DNA of 23,839 nt, taken from the IMG/VR virus record IMGVR_UViG_2671180458_000011; one strand, written 5' to 3'. Shown here one piece after another: positions 9,923 to 16,756 of this stretch; the first letter of the stretch is position 1, and each line of letters begins with the position of its first letter. Below the pieces are notes generated by a model. That model was not told the DNA's origin, searched no databases, and worked only from the letters and a program-made list of their open reading frames with translations. This DNA is from a virus. Its lineage: Duplodnaviria; Heunggongvirae; Uroviricota; Caudoviricetes. The translations under genes were made by a program, and so were the position numbers.

Positions 9923-10833
9923 TGTTTCATGTTGATAATAATTCCGGCGTGGCGAATATGCCTGCGCTGGCACCGGCGCAGAGTAATACCACCACCTGGT
10001 TTACCGAAGGTGACGGACAAAAAGGTATCAGCTGGATTGGTCAGGACTGGCTGAATATTCTCCAGGCCGAACTGCTGAATATTCTGGCTGAAGCCAGTAT
10101 TCAGCCGGATAAGGCGCAGTTAAACCAGCTTACGCTGTCCATTAAAGCCATTATCGCTGCGAATGCCTTTTCCCGGAAAAACAACCTGAAAGAAATTGCT
10201 GATGCCGGTGCGGAAGCCCAGCGTCTTGCCCGTAGTTATCTTGGTCTTGGGGCGCTTGCCACAAAAAACAGTCTTGGTCCCGGTGACGTTAATGCTCTGG
10301 CGAAGGATCAGAACCTTGCCGACCTGGAGAATGCGGGAACCGCCCGTAATAATCTGGATGTTTACAGCAAAAGCGAAGGTGATAACCGTTACCTGCGCAG
10401 GGAGCAGAACGGCGCAGACATTCCGGATAAAGGCGCTTTTATCGATAACGTCGGTTTACGGGAAACGGTAAATAAGGCTGCTGATGCCCTGCCATCGGGT
10501 GGAACCGCCGTGGCAGCAAACAGACTCGCCACCCCAAGAAATATTAATGGCGTTCCTTTTGACGGAACGCAGGATATCAACATCACGTCAGGAATGACGC
10601 AGTCAACCGCAGATGGCCGGTATGTACAGAATGTTCAGCTTGGAGCACAGAGCTATCATTCACCCGGAGGCAATGAAATATCATGGAATTACAGCGCACC
10701 TTCCGGTTGTATGCTTTCCGGTATTAACGTGCAGGAAACCGGCTCCCGGTCTGCGGACAATATCGGTGGGGTCTATTATCGCCCGGTTCAGATTTATATT
10801 AATAATGCCTGGAGAACGGTAAGTTCAGTGTAA
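9922..10833 (+). CDS. tail fiber protein: constant part (9922 to about 10451) fused to the currently in-frame variable part Sv (about 10465-10833)
   Basis: 303-aa ORF; a gix-like crossover site lies inside it at 10439-10464; its C-terminal tail resembles that of the inverted cassette on the opposite strand. Confidence 0.8.
   Translation: MFHVDNNSGVANMPALAPAQSNTTTWFTEGDGQKGISWIGQDWLNILQAELLNILAEASIQPDKAQLNQLTLSIKAIIAANAFSRKNNLKEIADAGAEAQRLARSYLGLGALATKNSLGPGDVNALAKDQNLADLENAGTARNNLDVYSKSEGDNRYLRREQNGADIPDKGAFIDNVGLRETVNKAADALPSGGTAVAANRLATPRNINGVPFDGTQDINITSGMTQSTADGRYVQNVQLGAQSYHSPGGNEISWNYSAPSGCMLSGINVQETGSRSADNIGGVYYRPVQIYINNAWRTVSSV
10439..10464 (+). other. gix-like recombination site, left (inside tail fiber gene)
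   Basis: TTATCGATAACGTCGGTTTACGGGAA: 26-bp site with two imperfectly symmetric 12-bp halves around a 2-bp core, closely resembling the Mu gix / Hin hix architecture. Confidence 0.7.
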
Positions 10834-10843
10834 ACCACAGAAA

Positions 10844-10862
10844 AGGGTGCTGAATGCACCCT
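10844..10862. terminator. stem-loop between convergent tail fiber and tfa genes
   Basis: 7-bp stem AGGGTGC/GCACCCT with 5-nt loop, between tail fiber stop (10833) and tfa stop (10868); T-rich stretch follows on the + strand. Confidence 0.35.
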
Positions 10863-10867
10863 CTGAA

Positions 10868-11440
10868 TTATTCCGGTTTTTCCGGCCAGGGAATCGCCTG
10901 GTAATGCCCCTCACTGGCAATATCATTAAAGTGCATTTCTTTAAGCTGTCGGATATACGCCATCCAGCGCGTCAGCTGTAATTTATTTTCATCGCTAATC
11001 ATGTCCAGTTTTAATTCTGTTTTCCAGTCATCCACGGTTTCGTTGGCTTCCTGGAGCAGCGATGAGCGACGCTTTTCAGCAACCGTCTTCCAGTTTACCG
11101 GCACCTTTGATATCAGGCCATCAGAAAACTGCCAGTTACCGTCAATATTCACACCTTCCGGCAGTTCGTCCACTTCAACAACAGTAAAACCTGCCGGATA
11201 TAAAGCAGAGACATCTTCAGCAACAGAGCAGATAATACCCGTTACAGGCGAAATACAGAGTTTGTATTTCTTTGTGAAAAGCGGGATAGATTCATAAAAA
11301 TCCCTTCCGTCCTCACTCTGGAAATACTGAACATCCTCACCATAGGGTTTGTCTTTCGGGTAATATCGTTTGACATTAATCAGTTGCATAAACATCACCA
11401 TGTAAATCAATGATAAAAACAGGAATAATACTATCGCCAT
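10868..11440 (-). CDS. tail fiber assembly protein (Tfa/U'-like), paired with the inverted Sv' cassette
   Basis: C-terminus ends in the Tfa-type motif (IPWPEKPE). The first 17 codons are strongly hydrophobic, so the real start may be the internal ATG at 11389. Confidence 0.65.
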   Translation of the reverse strand: MAIVLFLFLSLIYMVMFMQLINVKRYYPKDKPYGEDVQYFQSEDGRDFYESIPLFTKKYKLCISPVTGIICSVAEDVSALYPAGFTVVEVDELPEGVNIDGNWQFSDGLISKVPVNWKTVAEKRRSSLLQEANETVDDWKTELKLDMISDENKLQLTRWMAYIRQLKEMHFNDIASEGHYQAIPWPEKPE

Positions 11441-11510
11441 ATACAGGCAATGCTTGTCTGAAATAACGCATATTTCAGATGCTGGCTGCTGTGTGCTATG
11501 CCCCCGTTAA

Positions 11511-11877
11511 TTAAATACTTGCAGCGGATACCCAATGCCCATTAATACAATATTGTATCTGTCTGTAATAAACACGGTCATCACCACCACGCATTTCCCA
11601 GTCTCCGTTAGTCTTAAAACCGGTAATCACATTTCCTGATGACAGGGAGTAATTATATTCCAGTCCGCCGCTTAATGCCTGCGCTCCCAGTCTTACCCCT
11701 GTAACATAACGCTGATTGGCCGTTGATTCCGGCATTCCTGACGTAATGTTTATATCCTGCGTGCCGTCAAAGGCGACACCATTGATTCTGCGGGCATTTG
11801 CCAGCCTGCTTGCTGCAACAGCCGTACCGTTTGATGGCAGGGCATTCGCGGCCCTGTTTACAGTATCCCGTAAACCG
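11511..11877 (-). CDS. alternative tail fiber C-terminal cassette (Sv'), promoterless in the current orientation
   Basis: Minus-strand frame open from the right gix-like site to the stop at 11511; C-terminus resembles that of the + strand fiber. Confidence 0.6.
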
Positions 11878-11890
11878 AGGTTTCAGGGAT
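11865..11890 (-). other. gix-like recombination site, right (inverted relative to left site)
   Basis: ATCCCGTAAACCGAGGTTTCAGGGAT; the 12-mer CCCGTAAACCGA is the exact reverse complement of TCGGTTTACGGG in the left site; sits just upstream of gin as in Mu. Confidence 0.7.
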
Positions 11891-11944
11891 GCCGTATATC
11901 TGCTTTAAAAGGCCTTTCCACCTCTTTTTAAGGAAGGTAAATAC

Positions 11945-12505
11945 ATGCTGATTGGCTATATACGCGTATCAACAAATGACCAGAACACAGGTTTACAAAG
12001 AAATGCGCTGGAATGTGCAGGATGTGAGCAGATTTTTGAAGACAAAATGAGTGGTAAAACGACACAGCGGCCGGGACTGAAGCGGGCACTGAAGAAACTA
12101 AAACCCGGTGACACGCTGATGGTCTGGAAACTGGACAGGCTGGGGCGCAGTATGCGCCACCTTGTTGCGCTGACAGATGAATTACAGCAACAGGGGATAA
12201 ATTTTCGTAGTCTTACTGACAACATTGATACGTCAACCCCCATGGGGCGCTTCTTTTTTCACATAATGGGTGCGCTGGCAGAAATGGAGCGTGAATTAAT
12301 TGTCGAACGGACACGGGCTGGTCTTGCAGCTGCCCGTGAAAGGGGACGAACCGGCGGCAGACCCCGCCGTCTCACGCAGGAACAATACGAGCAGGTCGGG
12401 CGTTTACTGGCCGGGGGTGTCAGTCGAAGACAGGTGGCACTTATTTTTGATATCGGTCTTTCAACCCTTTATCGTTATTATCCTGCGAGCGTTTCGGAAA
12501 AATAA
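11945..12505 (+). CDS. gin: serine DNA invertase (Gin/Pin/Hin family)
   Basis: 186-aa protein beginning MLIGYIRVSTNDQNTGLQRNALECAGCEQIFEDK, near-identical in pattern to Mu Gin including the catalytic-serine N-terminal domain and C-terminal HTH; AAGGAAGG Shine-Dalgarno upstream. Confidence 0.9.
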   Translation: MLIGYIRVSTNDQNTGLQRNALECAGCEQIFEDKMSGKTTQRPGLKRALKKLKPGDTLMVWKLDRLGRSMRHLVALTDELQQQGINFRSLTDNIDTSTPMGRFFFHIMGALAEMERELIVERTRAGLAAARERGRTGGRPRRLTQEQYEQVGRLLAGGVSRRQVALIFDIGLSTLYRYYPASVSEK

Positions 12506-12604
12506 GACGCTCTCTTTGTTGGGCCTTTACTGAATTAACGCAAAATGGCGTTTATCGGTCTGTGGATATGATAATTCAGTTTATTCAGGAACAGGCTGAT
12601 TATT

Positions 12605-14644
12605 ATGACGTCCAAATGGGTTCAACTATCATCAATGCCCGGAAACTTTACTGTTAAAGTTTCCGGTGGTACAGCGGCATTTCTTGAGGCTCCCTTTCCT
12701 CCGGCCGAAACAAAAGGAGGAATGACATTTGCTGACTGTCTCATCAGTTTTAATACACGGGATTGCCTGTGGGTAAGGCCAGTATCCGGTGATCCGAGTG
12801 TGGAAATTACCGGAGCGGGTATTGGTGCGGTCATTCCGTTAAGTGCTGATGTTGCCGGTACTGCTGAACCGTCAGACTGGGATAATGCTGAAACACATAC
12901 CCGTCCGTCAGGAAATGAAACTGCTTCCAGCTCCCCTTCCTGGTATTACGTGGTGGTTCTTGCTGGTCAGTCAAACGGTATGGCTTACGGTGAAGGTCTG
13001 CCACTGCCGGAGACATATGACCGCCCCGAACCGCGTATTATGCAGTTAGCCCGTCGCAGTACAGTCACGCCGGGAGGTAAAGCCTGTCAGTATAACGACA
13101 TCATTCTGGCCGACCACTGTCTGCATGATGTGCAGGATATGAGTGGAAAAAATCACCCGAAAGCGGATGTGGCTAAAGGGCAATATGGCACCGTGGGTCA
13201 GGGGCTTCACATTGCCAAAAAACTGCTGCCGTTTATTCCGGCAGATGCGGGGATTCTGCTGGTTCCCTGCTGCCGTGGTGGTTCTGCATTCACGGCGGGT
13301 GCTGACGGCACGTACAGTGACAGCACGGGTGCTTCAGAGGACTCAGCCCGCTGGGGTGTGGATAAGCCGCTGTATAAGGACTTAATCAGCCGGACAAAAG
13401 CGGCACTGGCGAAGAACCCGAAAAACCGCCTGCTTGCTGTGGTGTGGATGCAGGGCGAGTTTGATATTGATGCGAAGCCGACGGAGCATTCTGCGCTGTT
13501 TCTGGCGATGGTGGAAAAATTCCGCGCAGACCTGGCTGAACAGGCGGAACAGTGTACCGGTGGCAGTGCTGCTGGCGTTCCGTGGATTTGTGGTGATACC
13601 ACGTATTTCTGGAAACAGAAAAACGAACAGGCATACCAGGCAATCTATGACGGCTACAAAAATAAAACAGATAAAAACATTCATTTCGTCCCATTAATGA
13701 CAGATGAAAATGGCGCGAATGTACCCACCAACAATCCGGCAGAAGACCCGGATATTGAATCCATTGGTTATTACGGCTCAACGTGGCGTAACAGTGCCGC
13801 CACCTGGACATCTGCGGACCGGGCCAGCCATTTCAGTTCATGGGCACGTCGTGGGATTATTTCCGACCGTCTGGCCACGGCAGTTCTGACTCATGCGGGG
13901 CGAACCACAGTAAAAGCCGATGTTCCATCTTCTGAAACTGAAGCACCAGTGCCGTCACCTTCAGAAACTGAAGCAGTAACCACAACACTGCTGTCTTACC
14001 GTGTCAGTGAGTCAGAAGGAAATCTGAAAGCCCAGGGCTGGGAGCCGGCTGGCGGTAAAGCTGAAATTATCAGTGATGCAGGAGGCACAGGTGGTAAGGC
14101 AATGAAACTGACCAAGGAAACAGGTAAATCATCCTGGTATCTGGATCATGATGCCGGTACTGGTGCTGAACTGCTGAAAAATGGTGGTTTAATCAGTTGT
14201 CGTTTTAAAGTACCGGGCGACCTGGTGGCAAACCAGTATGTCATGGCGCTTTACTGGCCGGTTTCCTCTCTGCCGCAGGGTGTCACCCTGACAGGGGATG
14301 CAGGGAATAATCTGCTGGCATCGTTCTACATCCAGACAGACGCAAAAGACCTGAATGTGATGTACCACAATGCAAAAGTGGCAACAAATAACCAGAAACT
14401 GGGAACCTTTGGTGCATTTGATAATGAATGGCATACGCTGGCCTTCCGTTTTGCAGGAAATAACAGCCTTCAGGTTATTCCGGTTATTGATGGTCAGGAT
14501 GGTGCCGCGTTTACCCTGACGCAGTCACCAGTAGGAACTTTCCCGGTGGACAAACTCCGCGTAACGGATATCACAAAAAATGCAACTTACCCGGTGCTGA
14601 TTGACAGCATTGTGGTGGAAGTGAAAAAAGCGGTAACAGAATAA
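12605..14644 (+). CDS. SGNH/SASA-type esterase with C-terminal lectin-like domain (NanS-p-like sialate O-acetylesterase candidate)
   Basis: 679 aa; GQSNG block at about residue 120, WMQGEFD block and a D-x-x-x-H block consistent with SASA/DUF303 esterases; Pro/Ser/Thr/Glu-rich linker then about 230-aa beta-rich domain. Family call from motif recognition only. Confidence 0.5.
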   Translation: MTSKWVQLSSMPGNFTVKVSGGTAAFLEAPFPPAETKGGMTFADCLISFNTRDCLWVRPVSGDPSVEITGAGIGAVIPLSADVAGTAEPSDWDNAETHTRPSGNETASSSPSWYYVVVLAGQSNGMAYGEGLPLPETYDRPEPRIMQLARRSTVTPGGKACQYNDIILADHCLHDVQDMSGKNHPKADVAKGQYGTVGQGLHIAKKLLPFIPADAGILLVPCCRGGSAFTAGADGTYSDSTGASEDSARWGVDKPLYKDLISRTKAALAKNPKNRLLAVVWMQGEFDIDAKPTEHSALFLAMVEKFRADLAEQAEQCTGGSAAGVPWICGDTTYFWKQKNEQAYQAIYDGYKNKTDKNIHFVPLMTDENGANVPTNNPAEDPDIESIGYYGSTWRNSAATWTSADRASHFSSWARRGIISDRLATAVLTHAGRTTVKADVPSSETEAPVPSPSETEAVTTTLLSYRVSESEGNLKAQGWEPAGGKAEIISDAGGTGGKAMKLTKETGKSSWYLDHDAGTGAELLKNGGLISCRFKVPGDLVANQYVMALYWPVSSLPQGVTLTGDAGNNLLASFYIQTDAKDLNVMYHNAKVATNNQKLGTFGAFDNEWHTLAFRFAGNNSLQVIPVIDGQDGAAFTLTQSPVGTFPVDKLRVTDITKNATYPVLIDSIVVEVKKAVTE

Positions 14645-14649
14645 AAAAA

Positions 14650-14678
14650 TCCCGCCGGTCATGATATGGCTGGCGGGA
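14650..14678. terminator. stem-loop after the esterase gene; canonical intrinsic terminator only when read on the minus strand
   Basis: Stem TCCCGCC/GGCGGGA (extendable with wobble pairs) with A7 run immediately 5' on the + strand, which is a U-tract 3' of the hairpin on the minus strand. Confidence 0.4.
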
Positions 14679-14790
14679 GCTACCTAACCCATAAAGGAAA
14701 ATAAAAATACTCCCGAAGGAGTGGTTATCAGTCGCTTCGATGTTTTTACCCGATAACGAATTATGTAGTCAATATCAAAGGTAAGGTTAT

Positions 14791-14973
14791 ATGACATTCG
14801 TTCATACAATGCTGCTTTATTTCTGCGCAGTGGTCAGTGCGTTATATCTGGTGAGCGGCGGTTATAAGGTCATCAGAAATTATATTCGCCGTAAAATTGA
14901 TGATGCGGCAGCTGAAAAACTCAGTAAAACAGCACAGGCACCGTCATCCCCAAACGACCCGACCCCGCTCTGA
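14791..14973 (+). CDS. small predicted membrane protein (60 aa), unknown function
   Basis: Single N-terminal hydrophobic helix then charged tail; AAAGGTAAGG Shine-Dalgarno-like sequence upstream; AT-rich foreign-looking DNA. Confidence 0.4.
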   Translation: MTFVHTMLLYFCAVVSALYLVSGGYKVIRNYIRRKIDDAAAEKLSKTAQAPSSPNDPTPL

Positions 14974-15008
14974 TAACGGGGCAATATACCTGCAAAAGGA
15001 GAATATTC

Positions 15009-15254
15009 ATGCCAGAGATTAAAGGCACGGTTACTGAAGAGCTTGTCAAACAGGCACTTTATTCTGAAGAAGTGAACCGCGTGCTGAAGGCGCAGGTTCG
15101 CAAGGATTTTGAGGCACAAATCGACGCATATGTTGATGAAGTGCTGGCCCGAATGGTTGGCCATTCTCCGGCTGAAAACAGCACGGAGAATGAGCCTCAA
15201 GCCGTAGAGCAACCAGAGCCGGTTCAGCCCGGAACTGACGGTACTATGATGTAA
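15009..15254 (+). CDS. small acidic protein (81 aa), unknown function
   Basis: AAAGGAGA Shine-Dalgarno 7 nt upstream of ATG; helical-looking N-terminal half and acidic Pro/Glu-rich tail; followed by a hairpin. Confidence 0.45.
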   Translation: MPEIKGTVTEELVKQALYSEEVNRVLKAQVRKDFEAQIDAYVDEVLARMVGHSPAENSTENEPQAVEQPEPVQPGTDGTMM

Positions 15255-15263
15255 CAATACCGA

Positions 15264-15283
15264 CCGGCAGGTTTCCCTGCCGG
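15264..15283. terminator. hairpin between convergent small genes
   Basis: CCGGCAGG-TTTC-CCTGCCGG, 8-bp stem with 4-nt loop, between the + gene ending 15254 and the minus gene ending 15293. Confidence 0.4.
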
Positions 15284-15292
15284 GTGAATTTG

Positions 15293-15463
15293 TTAATGCA
15301 CGTTTTGTGTACTTTCCCTCCGGGGAGAACAGGCAGGACATATCAGCATCCTGAAACAGGACGCATTTTGGGGTTTGTATGTCTTGCCATTTTGAGATCG
15401 AGAACGGCGATAGATGAGCTGTAAGGGAGTCTTACAGGCAGGGCAAACAGGCTCTTTATCCAT
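15293..15463 (-). CDS. small zinc-ribbon protein (56 aa, two CPAC motifs), unknown function
   Basis: Minus-strand ATG at 15463 preceded by AGGAGA with 8-nt spacing; Cys-Pro-Ala-Cys at residues 7-10 and 41-44. The ORF track's longer version (to 15487) starts upstream of the Shine-Dalgarno sequence. Confidence 0.4.
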   Translation of the reverse strand: MDKEPVCPACKTPLQLIYRRSRSQNGKTYKPQNASCFRMLICPACSPRRESTQNVH

Positions 15464-15565
15464 GATAAAGATCTCCTTTTTATGCATCTCTGCTTTACAG
15501 GAGACCGGGGAATATCATAGGATACGCCACGAGCTCGAAGTAAAGCATTGATGCGAATTTGTTCC

Positions 15566-15595
15566 AGGTCCAGATAGCTGTAACTATCTGGACCT
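15566..15595. promoter_or_regulatory. perfect 12-bp inverted repeat with 6-bp spacer (candidate operator or hairpin)
   Basis: AGGTCCAGATAG ctgtaa CTATCTGGACCT in the divergent intergenic region between the zinc-ribbon gene and com. Confidence 0.4.
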
Positions 15596-15643
15596 CCCTT
15601 TATGTAGTATCCTGTTGATTTGAAACATACTACATATACGCGC

Positions 15644-15821
15644 GATCCTACCTTCACTGTATAAAAAGTCAATAAAATGATCATTTTATGATCGTTTTCA
15701 CCACCTAAGTCTTCGTTTTCTTTAAGTAAATAATCACCGCCCTGAATCATTGTTGATGACTTTTCAATCTATTTGTTGTATCAATTAAACAAATCGAATC
15801 GATCGTTTTTGTCGATCGATT
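15644..15821 (+). promoter_or_regulatory. GATC-dense mom-operon control region (candidate Dam-methylation-sensitive promoter region)
   Basis: Five GATC sites in about 175 bp (15644, 15679, 15690, 15801, 15814), including a 9-bp inverted repeat AATCGATCG n7 CGATCGATT at 15797-15821 just upstream of com. Confidence 0.45.
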
Positions 15822-15864
15822 GCATGAGAAAGGCATCAACAACAAAGCAGGAGGTTATGCGGCC

Positions 15865-16065
15865 ATGTATCGAAACATACGGTGCCGACACTGCAATAAG
15901 CTACTGGCACGGGCCAGTTTCAGTTATCTGGAAGTAAAATGTCCGCGCTGTAAAACCCTCAATCAAATCACATCTCCGAGCGCCACAGAGCACCCCACAT
16001 ACACAAGGAAATCCTGTCGTGGGGAACAGAAAGCAAGCCACATCCCGTATCATCAGCACGCCTGA
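15865..16065 (+). CDS. com: Com-like zinc-finger translational activator of mom
   Basis: [14 protein letters not shown]...VKCPRCKTL...EHPT matches the Mu Com four-cysteine pattern; AGGAGG Shine-Dalgarno 10 nt upstream of ATG 15865 (ORF track starts at TTG 15820); 3' end overlaps the next gene as in Mu. Confidence 0.7.
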   Translation: MYRNIRCRHCNKLLARASFSYLEVKCPRCKTLNQITSPSATEHPTYTRKSCRGEQKASHIPYHQHA

Positions 16066-16756
16066 ACTTATTCGCTATAACGACAATATCGTTGGTTATG
16101 GCTCCCGTGAGTTGCGGGTTGAGACAATAAGTTGCTGGCTGGCCAGACTGGTCATCGTCAATAAACATTACAGCCACCGTTTCGTAAATAACTCCTACCT
16201 TCATCTGGGCATATTTTCAGAACGGGAGCTGGTTGGCGTAATGCAATGGGGCTATGCCCTTAATCCAAACAGTGGTGCACGCGTCGTAACGGGCACGCGG
16301 AACCGTGAATATATGGAGCTTAACCGGTTATGGCTGCATGACTGTATGCCGAGAAACTCCGAATCAAGGGCAATCAGTTACGCGCTCAAGCTAATCAGGC
16401 AGCTTTATCCGCAGGTACAGTGGGTTCAGTCGTTTGCAGATGAGCGTTGTGGCTGTCTTGGTGTCGTGTATCAGGCAAGCAATTTTGATTATGTAGGCAG
16501 CCACGAATCAACATTCTATGAACTTGATGGCGAGTGGTATCACGAGATTTGCAGGAATGCCATTAAACGAGGCGGACAGCGAGGTGAACATCTGAGGGCT
16601 AATATCGACAGAGCCAGTGTTCATAAATTCCGTCAGTTTCGTTACATCCGGTTTCTGAACAAGAGGGCCAGAAAACGCCTCAACACAAAGCTATTCAAAG
16701 TCCAGCCTTACCCAAAACCACAAACAGTTAAAACTGGTTTAAAAGAGAGTGAGTGA
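16019..16756 (+). CDS. mom: Mom-like DNA modification protein
   Basis: 245-aa ORF (GTG start) beginning inside the 3' end of com, the characteristic com-mom overlap; last gene before the prophage right end as in Mu. Called from context, not from remembered sequence. Confidence 0.6.
   Translation: MGNRKQATSRIISTPELIRYNDNIVGYGSRELRVETISCWLARLVIVNKHYSHRFVNNSYLHLGIFSERELVGVMQWGYALNPNSGARVVTGTRNREYMELNRLWLHDCMPRNSESRAISYALKLIRQLYPQVQWVQSFADERCGCLGVVYQASNFDYVGSHESTFYELDGEWYHEICRNAIKRGGQRGEHLRANIDRASVHKFRQFRYIRFLNKRARKRLNTKLFKVQPYPKPQTVKTGLKESE

Larger units (their letters stand above)
10452..11877. other. Gin-invertible G-like segment (about 1.4 kb)
   Basis: Bounded by inverted gix-like sites; the flanks inside the segment are extended imperfect inverted repeats (10452-10560 versus reverse complement of 11760-11878); contains Sv (+), tfa (-) and Sv' (-). 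Confidence 0.7.

Noticed and set aside
11716-11931. 71-aa + strand ORF and its mirror 10389-10586 on the minus strand
   Set aside because: Both are antisense shadows of the tail fiber variable cassettes; their mutual similarity simply reflects the inverted repeat flanking the invertible segment.
12529-12580. 9-bp inverted repeat ACTGAATTA ... TAATTCAGT separated by 34 bp upstream of the esterase gene
   Set aside because: A 9-bp dyad at this spacing is expected several times by chance in 24 kb; no supporting context.
14880-15341. 153-aa minus-strand ORF spanning the two small + genes
   Set aside because: Junk-like Cys/Arg/Leu-rich translation and no ribosome-binding site, whereas the + strand genes have strong Shine-Dalgarno sequences.
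15343-15750. 135-aa minus-strand ORF across the com upstream region
   Set aside because: Overlaps the real zinc-ribbon gene out of frame and runs through the GATC-rich AT-rich control region; no ribosome-binding site.
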